A stretch of 64,000 nucleotides of DNA, taken from the NCBI GenBank assembly GCA_019828565.1, contig JAHDYR010000016.1:1-64000 (forward strand), read 5' to 3'. This stretch comes from Carpediemonas membranifera BICM (taxonomy: Eukaryota > Protista > Fornicata). The notes under the pieces are model-generated. The model saw only the letters and a list, made by a program, of their open reading frames with translations. It was not told the DNA's origin and searched no databases. Both the position numbers and the translations under genes were made by a program. Shown in pieces: positions 29,542 to 40,395 of the stretch. Positions within the stretch are counted from its first letter, which is position 1; every line of letters starts with the position of its first letter.

Positions 29542-30132
29542 ATGGTAGATCGTGCCAACAACGGGCTAAATATGGCCATTCTAGACAATCCAGACATTCT
29601 TGGGGATGAATTCTCTGTTCCCAGTACAGTTCTGCACCGCTCATACATCTCCCCCGGTGATCCGAAGCCAAACCCCTCCACGGAGACGCCGAACAACAAG
29701 CCCTGGGCCACACCGATCCTCTCTGGACATCTACTGAACGCATTCTTCGTTAGCTTGCTTATTCCAGGCATCGGTCATCTCTTCATTGGGCAACATCAGA
29801 AGGCGACCGTGTACCTCCTCCTCTTCTGGCTCACAGCCAGCCTCGGTCTCGTCACCGTTCAAATCTTCGTTGGTATCGCCTTCTTCGTCATTGCCGCGCT
29901 GCTCTACGTCATGATCCAGCTAGACTGCTTCCTCCTCGTCCGCCGACTCAGACGCGGCCTACCAGTGTGTGAGGGCGAGTGCGCCTTCCTTATAGCCACC
30001 CTCGGCACGGGGTTCATCTTGCCGTATATCCCGTGGTTCAGCGACTTCCCCATCTTTGTGTCCGACTCCGTCCGTGCCCCCCAGGCTTACCTCCGGGTCA
30101 TGCGGAACTACAAGGCTGAGCTCGGGCTGTGA
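29542..30132 (+). CDS. Membrane protein with TM2-like motif
   Basis: AFFVSLLIPGIGHLFIGQ..KA followed by hydrophobic helices. Confidence 0.6.
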   Translation: MVDRANNGLNMAILDNPDILGDEFSVPSTVLHRSYISPGDPKPNPSTETPNNKPWATPILSGHLLNAFFVSLLIPGIGHLFIGQHQKATVYLLLFWLTASLGLVTVQIFVGIAFFVIAALLYVMIQLDCFLLVRRLRRGLPVCEGECAFLIATLGTGFILPYIPWFSDFPIFVSDSVRAPQAYLRVMRNYKAELGL

Positions 30133-30379
30133 GTGGTTGGGTGGCATGACTGTGTTGCCGTTCTTCTTTTGCCTGCTTTTGTTGGGACCTGTGGCAAGGT
30201 TGCGAGATCGTCGGAACGTCCCGCGGTTTAAATTGTTTTGAGAGTCGTGTGATGATTATTGTACGCCCTGACATGGTTTAAGCCTCCCTGAACGACATCA
30301 GGCACCGATCTTGGGATACCGCAGGCTAAGCCCCACATCATTTCGCCAGCCCTGCAGCGGCTCAAACTGCTCCAATTCA

Positions 30380-31747
30380 ATGGATAATGAAGAAAATAGT
30401 GCTAGTAACTTAGCGGACACGGTCATTGACACCGATAGCTCAAATCATCCCATGAAGCTTTCGATTGCCACCCAAGAGGCCTCGATCAGTGACAACTCGG
30501 GCGCCAACTCACCAGACGGCGATGTTAGTAATAGAACAGACTCATCTTCCTCTCTAGACAGCACTAGAAGCAGCACGGAGCAGATTGTCAGGAATGCCAC
30601 GTACCACATGCTCCCTTCGTCGCCCCTCGGCATCAACAAGGGCTACCGCATGGCCGTGACCAAGTGCATTGAGCACGAGATCCTCAAGAAGGAGACCCAG
30701 CGCGAGGCCGCGGCCTTTGACCTCTCACTCGCCTCTCCCCTGGCCACAGTCGCCGCCCTGGCCCTCGGGACCGGGTTCAACGCCGCCCAGGCGATGGTGA
30801 CTGACGATTTCAACTCATGCTTCATGACGCGGACCCCGCAGCAGTGGAACTGGAACCTGTATCTGATGCCGCTGTGGCTGTGCGGCATGGTCATCCGCAT
30901 GTTTCTATGGGTCATACGATTGAGCGTGTTCCTCTTCAGCGCTGCGATATTTGTGCCGTCCTTTATGGCGGTCGGTCTTTTCCCATTGAAAGTAGCAGCC
31001 AAGCACGTGATACAGAGGAAAATGATCCAGATGGAGGCCCGTGTCATCAACCTGACCTGGTTTGCGGTCATCAAGTACCACGGAGTCATCCCCCGCCGCC
31101 GGCCCAATCAGATCTTCGTGTGCAACCACACGACGCTCATCGACTTCGTTCTCTTAGAGTCACTCATGCCGTTCGCCACCGTCGGGCAGAAGCAGGGCGG
31201 CTGGATCGGATTCATCCAGAACAGGATCCTAGCATGCATGGAGCCTCTGTGGTTTGACCGGCTCGTGGCCAAGCAGCGCGCCCTGTTGACGACGCAGCTC
31301 AAGGAGAGGGTCAGCGACGACACCAAGATCCCCATACTCGTCTTCCCAGAAGGCGTCTGCACCAATAATACAAGCACTGTGCAGTTTAAGCGCGGGGCAT
31401 TTGATGTACCCGACGTTGAAATCTGCCCGATTGCCATTAAGTACAACAACCTCTTCTGTGACGCCTATTGGCACGTTGGCGAGACCTTCTGGTCCTACTG
31501 CTGCCGCATCTGGTACTGCTGGTGCGTGGTCGTCGAGATCTCCTTCCTCCCGCCCCAAACGAGACAAGAGGGCGAGGCTGTCGAGGAGTTCGCCAGCAGG
31601 GTACAGCGGCTCATCAGTGACAAGGCCGGGCTTAAGTTCACGACACACAACGGGTATATGAAGTACTTCAGACCCAATCAGAGGTTCGTCGAGGCCCGGC
31701 AGGCCACACTGAGCAGGGTCCTCGCCGAGCTGTCTGACTTGAATTGA
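30380..31747 (+). CDS. Glycerol-3-phosphate acyltransferase (GPAT3/4/GPAT9 family)
   Basis: DDF..CF...WNWNLYL, NHTT.ID, VGQK, WFDR, FPEGVC.NN...QFKRGAF, PIAIKY. Confidence 0.92.
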   Translation: MDNEENSASNLADTVIDTDSSNHPMKLSIATQEASISDNSGANSPDGDVSNRTDSSSSLDSTRSSTEQIVRNATYHMLPSSPLGINKGYRMAVTKCIEHEILKKETQREAAAFDLSLASPLATVAALALGTGFNAAQAMVTDDFNSCFMTRTPQQWNWNLYLMPLWLCGMVIRMFLWVIRLSVFLFSAAIFVPSFMAVGLFPLKVAAKHVIQRKMIQMEARVINLTWFAVIKYHGVIPRRRPNQIFVCNHTTLIDFVLLESLMPFATVGQKQGGWIGFIQNRILACMEPLWFDRLVAKQRALLTTQLKERVSDDTKIPILVFPEGVCTNNTSTVQFKRGAFDVPDVEICPIAIKYNNLFCDAYWHVGETFWSYCCRIWYCWCVVVEISFLPPQTRQEGEAVEEFASRVQRLISDKAGLKFTTHNGYMKYFRPNQRFVEARQATLSRVLAELSDLN

Positions 31748-32135
31748 TTGGGGTGGGCGTCAATGATCGGTGTTTAAACTAGGTTCTCTGATGTCTCGGC
31801 GGTGTTCCGATGCCAGTGCACGGCCTGGATGTGGTGCGGGGTGAGGGTGCAAGCCCTGCTGTCTGGTGCCGTTTGTCTCAGCACAGCAGTGCTTGGCTTG
31901 GATGGCTGACCCCCCTTGACTGCACAACAACCGGCTAGGAATCTGATCCGACCATCGTACCAGGGATCCGCACATTTAACCAACCTTGGCACACGGGCGG
32001 AAGTGATGGAACGGCAATGGGCGGTGAACGTTGAGAGAAAGAGGCCGCCCCTCGGGTTCTTCGACGGAATCACAGATTTTACGATTTTTTAGCTGGGTCC
32101 CAGAGATCTAGTGATTTCCACCAGGTGCCTCGGGA

Positions 32136-35100
32136 ATGTTTGCTGAAGTGTCTCGACGGCGAAGAAGTACTATAGGGAGTATGAAATCGCCAGGAATGGC
32201 AAGTCTCAGTCTTGGAAGCGAGGTGACCTCGTCCTCGAGCCAAGTGGCGCTGATTAACGCTGGGTCCTTCTCCAATTCACGTTTGTGTTGATTTGTGCGG
32301 TGATCCATCCACACTACGCCATTCCCCCGCTTATACAGTCTACGAGCTTCTCTTCCTCTTCAATCCCACACACTTCAACCGCTACACGCAGCTCGCACTC
32401 TTCTTTCTCGAGCTGGCGCAGCTCATCTCGCTCTCCTGCGCCATCCTCGCATGGCCTAGCTCTCTTAGTTCGCTGCAGACCATCGTTGCCGCCGTCCGGG
32501 TGTCGCCGCTGCTTTCGGACACCATGGCCCTGGCCCTCGCAGCCCTCATCGTGGTGTCCGCCGCAAGCTTCCTAGCGCTGTGCTACACCGCCAATAGGTC
32601 GGCTCTCATCGGCCAGACACCCAGTCTCTCCGTTATCAGGGCCGGCAGCCTCCTTATGCTACTGCTGGATGCCGCGTTCATCCCGTCTCTCAATACTATG
32701 CTCACAATAGTCCAGAAGTATGCCGTGGACGGACTCAGCATCCTAGATTTTACCATGGTCGCCACGGCACTCGTCGTTGTCGCCGGCATGACGTGTCTTC
32801 GGACCCTGACGTCGCTGACCCAGATCCCTCGGGGGTGCCACACGGACAACTACCTCGCCAAGGTCCACGGCAGGGTCGACGCCATTGCAGTGCTCTGCGT
32901 GGCTCTGATGGTCGGGGCCGTGGTGCTCTGGGGCCGCCTCCCTGCCATGCTGACGGTCGTGCTCTCCGAGGCCCTGCTGCTTGTACTCTACAGCATATTC
33001 ATCCCATTCTCGCAGATGTTCGCAAACATCGCCAAGGCCGGTACACTGGCCTTCTCTATGGCTGTTGCCCTCGTGTACCTCACGCCATTCGCACTCATCG
33101 CAACGTTCCCCGCCGCATGCTTGTTGACGTTCACGCCTCTGATCGTCTATCACATTTACGTGATCTGTTTACATAACTTTAACGAGTCCATTAACATGGA
33201 CCCCTCAATCACTCCGCACAAGCCGCCCCTTATCTTATTCCCCTTTCAAGTAGAGATCGCGCTCAGACAATCGCGCCACGTCATCGCCAAGGCCCAGCAA
33301 GCTATCCGCAAAATCGACCGCCAGATACCGCTGACCATCTTCGAGTTCACCGGCCGCCGGACCGACGGAGACCAGTCGATGACGAAGTACACGCCCACGG
33401 AGCAGGCTGCTATCCTCGACTCTGAGCAGCGGAGGACAAAGGAGGTGTCGCGTGGCATGCGGCTGTTCCAGTACGCCAAGGCGCGGTGGTCAAGGAGCGG
33501 CCTGGTGACAGTGGCGTTCCTCGAATTCTGCGCCTGCTTCAGGGGTGACACGCTTCAATCCGTGACGTACAGCGCCATTCGTACGCTTGAGGACCACGCC
33601 TGGTGGTGCATCGACATTCGATACTACGCGTATGTCGTCGCCAAGCACCAGAGTGGACTTTATGACGATAGCGGGTCGACCGCCATCTCCCGACTCGAGA
33701 CGCAGAGGAACCTGTCGGCATTGAACAAGGCACAGCGGAAGCTCGACGACAGCCTCTCCCAGTTCTGGGGTCAGATTGCCCGCAGCAGAGGTCGTAAGGT
33801 CACCATGGGCCAGTTCAAGATACAGACGGCGACGGTGGCCAAGGTCTCCGGGCTGCAGACCCAGGTGGAGCGGCTGTTCGCCCGGCTTCTCGCCAACCCG
33901 ACCCCCCGGGTCGTCCGCTCGTACGCCCAGTACCTCACCCTGGTCCGGCCTGACGAGGCGCCCTTCTCTGAGGCGCTGTTCGGGATCGCGGATGAGATGG
34001 AGGTGTGCCCTCGGCCCGGATTCAGCAAGGAGATGCCGCGGGTCAAGATGCTGAGCACGAAGGGCGACGTCACCACTAACCTCGTCATGCACGCCAGAGC
34101 AGTCGTTGCATCAGTCCTCATCGCGCTGTTCTTCGGCTTCACCGTGTGTGCCTGTCTCTTCGTGCTCGAGTTCTTCGACTACGTCTCGTTCCAGGCAATT
34201 GGCGTGGTCAACACCGCAGCTGCACTGCAACGGGTTGGTATTGGGCTCGCACACCTGAGAAACGGCGACACCGCGGACCTTGTCGCCTCCACCATCGTCG
34301 CGGGTCCTGCTTGGTTCGTCACCGTCCACGGGCTCCCCAAGCAGAACATACAGGCGGCCATGGCGCTCCAGGACGATCTCGAGACCTTCCTTGCTGGAGC
34401 AGATATCACCGCATATCGCCCAAATGGATACGATACTGTGCAAAACCTCTCCGTTTCGACCTTTGACGGCATCCTCGACCTCTGTAAGAGCATTATGGCC
34501 AGCGTACTCTATAGAACGCAAGATCTGATCCGATCTGAGTCGATGGAGGTGTTGGTGTTCGAATCTGGTGGATATTCTGAGACAATCACCCAGCCACTTG
34601 CCCAGTTCATCTCAGAGAGCATCCATGTCGCCGAGCTCATCTCCAACTGTCTCGTCGTGGCCGCCCAAGCAGGATCACCGACCGGCGTTGCCGACTGCAC
34701 CGCTGACTGGGCTGACAAGCTGCTTACCGTCGAGGCGACGCTGACTACGGCTCTCCTCGCGCCTCTGGACCGGGTTGGTGGTCGTATCCAGAGCTGCGCG
34801 CAAATGTTCCCCTTCTTGGAGATGCTCATCGCCTCAGCTGTCTTCATCGTCTTCATCTCGGGCGTGGCGTGGGCTGCGGTGGCGCTGTACCTGCTCCCCA
34901 TAGCCGATGACGCATCCTTTGCTGTGCAGTGCCTGACCATCTTCTCCGCACTGCCCAAGCCCGTGCTGACCAGTATCAATAACAGATTCTATGACCACAA
35001 ACGCCAGAAGTCGCAGCTGCTCGACGAGGCCCGTAGTCTAGACTCCCTCGCAATGGAGGCGACCATCGATGAGTACACCACACAGTACAACAGAGAGCCT

Positions 35101-36315
35101 GGGCGCCACGTCCGAAGGCCTCTCAGTCACGAGCCGTCGGCGTCCAGACTCAAGGTCGAGTTCGAGCTGGACGACGGGATCACTAGGACGGAGAGCCAAG
35201 ACACGGACGACTGGGAGCGGGGCGACAGTACCGCCGCGGAGACGGAGAACGGGGGGCAAAGCCTCAACGTCAGCCAGTCGGCGAGTCTGAATGATCTCAT
35301 CAAGAGCATCAGCGCGGGGGCGGATATTGTCAGCATGCCGCGCGGGATGGTCAGCAAGAGCGACCTCGACGTCGCCACGGCCCGGTCGAGCTTGTCGATA
35401 CGTATGGGGATCGTGGCGAGACGGTCACCGACCATCGGCCTCTGGTTGCTGGTATTCTCGGCAATATACGCGGTCAACTGCATCTACACCATCCCCAACA
35501 CTGCAGGCGTCGCCCAGCTGACGGCCGCCGTCTTCTACCAGACTAGGGCCGCCATCGCTCTGAGAGAGGGCGTCCTCGCCGCGGAGTCGGCCTCCTATGA
35601 CTTCGGGTCCGCCCCCCTTGCCGCCACGGACGCCGCAGCCATCATCACGGCTCAGCTCGACGACGCCTCGGGGTTCCCCTCCCATCTGACGGGTATGCAG
35701 GCCGGGCGCGAGATTCTGGTCGACGAGGCGTGGGACCAACTCCCCTACCCCTACGTGCACTGGTTCTCGGACGTATTTGCCGACCTCGTCGTGCGGGACA
35801 ACTGGTGCGACGGTGCAAGGGCCGCGGACATCGACCTGCTGCTGTTCTCGGCCGAGTGCCTCCGCATCGACGAGGCGTTCTGTGCCGCACCCTTCACTGT
35901 CGAGCTCGCCGCCCAGAATGGGCTGGCCAACCTTGTGGTCTCCACAATGACCGAGCTCCAGTCGTACGCCCGCACCCTGGCCGGCGGGGCAGTCGACTCG
36001 ACTCGGCTGGCGTGGCTCAGCTCTGTTGTCGAGATGGACCTGTCCGGCGGGGTTGACCGCCTGGCCACTGTCCTGCGGGCCCAGGCCTATGACGAGCTCC
36101 TGTCGATCGAGAATTTCGCCCCGTATCTGATGACTGCATTCATACTCTGTCTGACGGTCTTTTACGTGCTCTTCATGTTCCGTTCTGTTGTTATTACTAG
36201 TCGCACGCATCGGCACTTCGATGTTCTTTATCACATGGTCGCCAGCAGTGACATACCGGCTGCCCTCACGGATGTCTTCACAGCGCTCTTCCCGGTCGAC
36301 CATCTCAAGGATTAA
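32136..36315 (+). CDS. Large polytopic membrane protein, TmcB/TmcC-like protist family (intron 32281-32338)
   Basis: N-terminal TM bundle, helical-repeat region (DIRYY.Y, FW, R.YAQYL), further TM pairs; GTTTGT..ACAG intron joins an upstream ATG exon in frame. Family name tentative. Confidence 0.6.
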
Positions 36316-36443
36316 ATGCCCCGTGTCAGGTTGATGGCGTCCTGGGTGGTTGTCATTTCATGATGGACTGGAATTCACTGAAAAGCTATTAGCGCTGGGC
36401 AGAGCCGACTCACCCATGCAGCGGCAGAAGTGTTCCTCGTTTA

Positions 36444-37058
36444 CTATTCGGCCCACAGGTCGATGTCGACTGGGATGATCTCCACTTCTCGAGAACACGG
36501 CGCCTCGCACTCGACCATCTCATCCGCCCCATCTGACACTCTTGCCACCCTAAACCACTGGCCGGTGGGGTCGCGGGCTGAGGGAACAATTCTTGCCCCG
36601 ATGAATGTCGTGCCATTGCCAGTTGCCTCAAAGGGAATCCTGCAGAGGTTGTTGTTGTCACACAGATATGTCTGGCCCTCGGTCACCCAGACTATCTGGT
36701 CCAAGTCACAGAAGAACCCCTTGACTCGCTCTGGGAACCGGAGCGGGGTGGGTGTGAGGCACTTGTCGCTCTTGTTGTGCTCAGGTAGCAAGCCCGAAAG
36801 AGCAATACTTGAGGAAACTCGGCCGGCGAAGAGAAGCTGGCGGCCGCTGAGGAAGATGATAAAGATATCTACAGAGGTCATGATCCGGTCGACCCTGACG
36901 GGCAGGTCGACGAAGCCACTCATCTCATTATCGTGCCCGAGTCCCAGCCGGCCACGATCGTTGCGCCCGCTGATCACTTGCCAATCGCGGAAGTTACAGC
37001 CACCGCAGTCGTGAGGATGAACGCGCGGTCGTGGAGCAGCGATAGCCCAGTCACCATC
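36444..37058 (-). pseudogene. Truncated paralogue of the RCC1-like repeat gene at 57083-58716
   Basis: SGRNDRGRLGLG..GFVDLP, CLTPTPLRFP, PFEA, GQWF. A 64-bp block (36995-37058) is nearly identical to 57985-58048; a stop and deletion follow it. Confidence 0.65.
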
Positions 37059-37240
37059 ATGTCTGTCCTGCCACCAACCCGCCTGCGACTGTGAATGCCG
37101 GCCATCGCCTGGGGTAGAAAGTGTCGTGACCTCTGCCTTTGAGCTGCCCTGCGTAGCTGCATCACAAACGGAGTCGGTCCGCCCATGAGCTCGGAGTTGA
37201 AGGTGGCGAAGTAATATCTTAACCGCAATTTACAATAGGC

Positions 37241-38587
37241 CTACATCTCAATCTCCATCGGCCCCGTCTCCTTCGTGTATGCCACGAACCCCTCGTCACC
37301 GCCCCCAATCAGCGCGTCGATGTCCAGCTCGGGCAGCAGCTCTGTGATGACCTTCGCCTCCGTGTCAACACGCGTCGCCTGGGCCTGTGCGATGTGCTCG
37401 GGCAGCTCCGGGGGCGGGACGTAGTACTGGATGCGGCCCTTGAGCCAGGCGTCGACGATGTCCCTCGCAACACGGTTCATGTCGGGCAGTCCGCCGAGCT
37501 TGAACATGCCCTTCCGCTGGGCGATGTACTGGAAGAACACGTGCATCGCCTCGTCCGGCTTGTCTGTATACTGCCCGATCTGGTCGAACACGGTGGGCCC
37601 AGCCTCGGCCTCCTCGGGGGCCAGCCGGAGGGCCCGCAGCAGCTGGAGGTGGTTGCACCGCTGGAGGATGGTCTGCGCCACGTGGACGGGGTCCTTGATG
37701 AGCTCGGGCCGCACACAGTTTCGCAGGATAATGTCGACCTCGGTGTCGGCGTGACTGAAGACGACTCCGGGCGAGTCGATGACGGTGATGTGCTTGGTGA
37801 GGTTGATCCGCTTCAGGTCGGTGGTGAAGCCGGCTGCCCCGCCCACGCCGGTCTTCACCTCGCGGCATATGCTGTTGATGAGGGAGCTCTTGCCGACGTT
37901 GGGATAGCCGATGACGCCGACGGTGATCTTGACCTTAGTGTTGTCCCCAATGTTCGCCAGCTTGCCCAGGGTCGCCCTCATCTCCTCCAGGCCGAACGCG
38001 GCGTCCTTCACGGTCATCGCCTGGGCGTGGTGCATCTGTTTGATCGACGCATGCTTGCCCTGCACCTGGCCTGCCTTGAAAAGCATCGTCGGGAACTGCG
38101 TCTTGAGGTACCGCACCCAACCCCGCAGCGCCTCGTTGGGGACGAGGTCGATCTTGTTGAGAACGAGGATGATGTGCTTCTTGAACCCGTACATGGCCCG
38201 TATCCGCTGCTCAATGTCGAAGCACCGGCAGCCCATCGGGTCGCGGGCATCTAGGACCTCTAGGATGACGTCTGCCTCCTCTAGCACCCGGTGGAGCTTG
38301 TCATAGTACGCGCCGCGGTCGAGGGAACGCTCGTCGCGGGTATCATTCAGCGCAGCTTGCTCGCGCTGGTGCTCACGGCGATCGAATGCGTGCTTGAGCT
38401 CAGCTGCATGACTCGCAAGCTCCGATATGCTCTTCTGCTGCGTCTTGGCGCCCGTAATCGCCCCCTTTGTCAGTTTCATACCAAGCTTCTCGAGCTTGGG
38501 CACGCCCATGTCCCGTTTGTTCACTTGCTTCCTACCACGCTCTATGCGCTGCTGTTTAGCGCTCCCGGACTGCCTCTTCTTCGACAT
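37241..38587 (-). CDS. Nucleolar circularly permuted GTPase (Nug1/GNL3/nucleostemin-like)
   Basis: EVLDARDP.GCR, VLNKIDLVP, GVIGYPNVGKSSLINS, IDSPG, G...KLGG.PD. Confidence 0.92.
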   Translation of the reverse strand: MSKKRQSGSAKQQRIERGRKQVNKRDMGVPKLEKLGMKLTKGAITGAKTQQKSISELASHAAELKHAFDRREHQREQAALNDTRDERSLDRGAYYDKLHRVLEEADVILEVLDARDPMGCRCFDIEQRIRAMYGFKKHIILVLNKIDLVPNEALRGWVRYLKTQFPTMLFKAGQVQGKHASIKQMHHAQAMTVKDAAFGLEEMRATLGKLANIGDNTKVKITVGVIGYPNVGKSSLINSICREVKTGVGGAAGFTTDLKRINLTKHITVIDSPGVVFSHADTEVDIILRNCVRPELIKDPVHVAQTILQRCNHLQLLRALRLAPEEAEAGPTVFDQIGQYTDKPDEAMHVFFQYIAQRKGMFKLGGLPDMNRVARDIVDAWLKGRIQYYVPPPELPEHIAQAQATRVDTEAKVITELLPELDIDALIGGGDEGFVAYTKETGPMEIEM

Positions 38588-38717
38588 GGATCGGAAGCTG
38601 CGTGAGCAAAGTTATCCCAGTAGAGTGCGAGTCGAGCCCAACCGGCGATGGCATGGGACCAGTGGTCTACACACCAGCCAGCACCACTCACAATCACTGC
38701 AGCGTGCACTAATCACT

Positions 38718-39411
38718 TTACATCTCCACCGACCAGATGGCGTCGTCGGCATCGGCGAAGAGCTCAATTACCTTGGGGGTCTCCTCGGGAGCGATCTTAG
38801 TCCACTCCACCTTCTCATCGCGGCTCATGAGGCCGGCGACACGGTTCTCAAGGCAGGCCTCGAGGCCGAGAGCGACACGGCTCCTGTCGAGCTCCTGGGT
38901 GGTGGCAACATGGTACTTGCCCTTGTCGGCCTTGGCCATGTGCTGGATCATCTGGTAGGGCTCAACAGTCTTGCTGCCCTTGCGGAGGAAGAAACGGAAC
39001 ATGGCGGTGGCGGCGACGTTCTTGCCGACAAGGATCTCCTGGCGGAAGAAGAATGTCTTCTCGTCAATGTGGATGATGCGAGTGCGGATGGTGTACTTGG
39101 CCATGAACTGGACGGAGCGGCGGTAGCGGATCTGGCCGCCACCGCAGATGGGGATCGTGTTCTTGGAAAGGAAGAACTTGAGGAGGCCAGCGCGGACCAT
39201 GGCATCATGGCGGCCGAGCTCAAGAACGCTGAAGTAGGCAGCATTGTTCATGTGCATGTTATAGTCAATATCGAGGAGAGTGCACCGTCTCTTGAGAGTG
39301 AACGTCGACATCAAGTTCTTCTTCGACTTGAGGAGCGCAGCAATAGTACACCAGATGATTCTAGATGAGAAAGAAAGGAAAGGATGCGTACCGGATGAGA
39401 TAGGTCAGCAT
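38718..39411 (-). CDS. Hot-dog-fold thioesterase (THEM6-like) (intron 39361-39391)
   Basis: C...DIDYNMHMNNAAY...ELGR, IRYRRS, DEK.FFFRQ. Confidence 0.85.
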
Positions 39412-39627
39412 CGTCGCGTCGCGACTGCGCGAGGAGTCGAAGCGATCTCGGCCCGATCGGCTAAATCGACTCTCAGAGGCCGACACGGCTAGTAGTCTGT
39501 GGGGCCGCGTCTTGTTGGCTTAATGCAGCAGACTCGACCACCACACGACCAAGGGCAATTGAGACGCAGTTCAGTTTATCTCAGAGAAACAAGCGCCCGC
39601 AGCAATAGATCACACGCCCCATGTCCC

Positions 39628-40068
39628 CTAGAGGTCGAGCAGGTCCTCCTCGCTGACCATGTTCCTCGTCTGCAGAGGGATGTCGACGCGTGCTCCACTC
39701 AGCTCGGGAGTCACCTCGATCTGGCACGCAAGCCTGGAGGTCACGTCAGGCTCGAACGCGAAGTCGATCATGTCGTCCTCGCGCTCTGAAGCCTCGGGTA
39801 GCTTATCGAAGTGCTCCTGGTCGACGTAGACGTGGCAGGTGGAGCAAGCGCAGGATCCCTCGCATGCACCGCCGAGATTGATCCCATTACGCTGGGCCTC
39901 GCGCATCAGATTGGAGCCAAGGTCGACGGGAACGTCTTTCCAGACCTGATCGCCCTTCTGGAAGGTTACAGGGACCGTAGAGGCGAAACGAGGGAAGCTA
40001 GAGATAGCAACAGCCGATGAAAGCACATTGGTGATGTTCAGGTGACTGGAGAAGAATGTTGAGAGCAT
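39628..40068 (-). CDS. Adrenodoxin-type [2Fe-2S] ferredoxin with N-terminal targeting peptide
   Basis: GACEGSCACSTCHVY, EDDMID.A, SRLACQI; N-terminal MLSTFFSS...PRFAS presequence without acidic residues. Confidence 0.93.
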   Translation of the reverse strand: MLSTFFSSHLNITNVLSSAVAISSFPRFASTVPVTFQKGDQVWKDVPVDLGSNLMREAQRNGINLGGACEGSCACSTCHVYVDQEHFDKLPEASEREDDMIDFAFEPDVTSRLACQIEVTPELSGARVDIPLQTRNMVSEEDLLDL

Positions 40069-40395
40069 TTCTTCGGCGTTGCCTTTGTCATGGGTCCGAC
40101 AGCCGCGACGTAAATCACGTAAATATCGGCGGATGGCGGTGATTACTCCTCTGGATGGATCATTCGCACATTGGTACCCACCAAAGCTCAAGTTCAGGTC
40201 GTCTCTTCATCAGCGGCAGCACCGTGACCCCTGCTTCCAACTTTAGCTACGGGGGAAAACGACAGGCTCAACTCGCAGATGAGCTCTGTCAGATAAGAAG
40301 AGACACACACAGAGCAGTAATACGACACTTGAGCTGTGGGGAAGCCAACGGGTTAAGCTGCACCGTCACACCAAACCTCGAGGTCGTTTCGAGCG

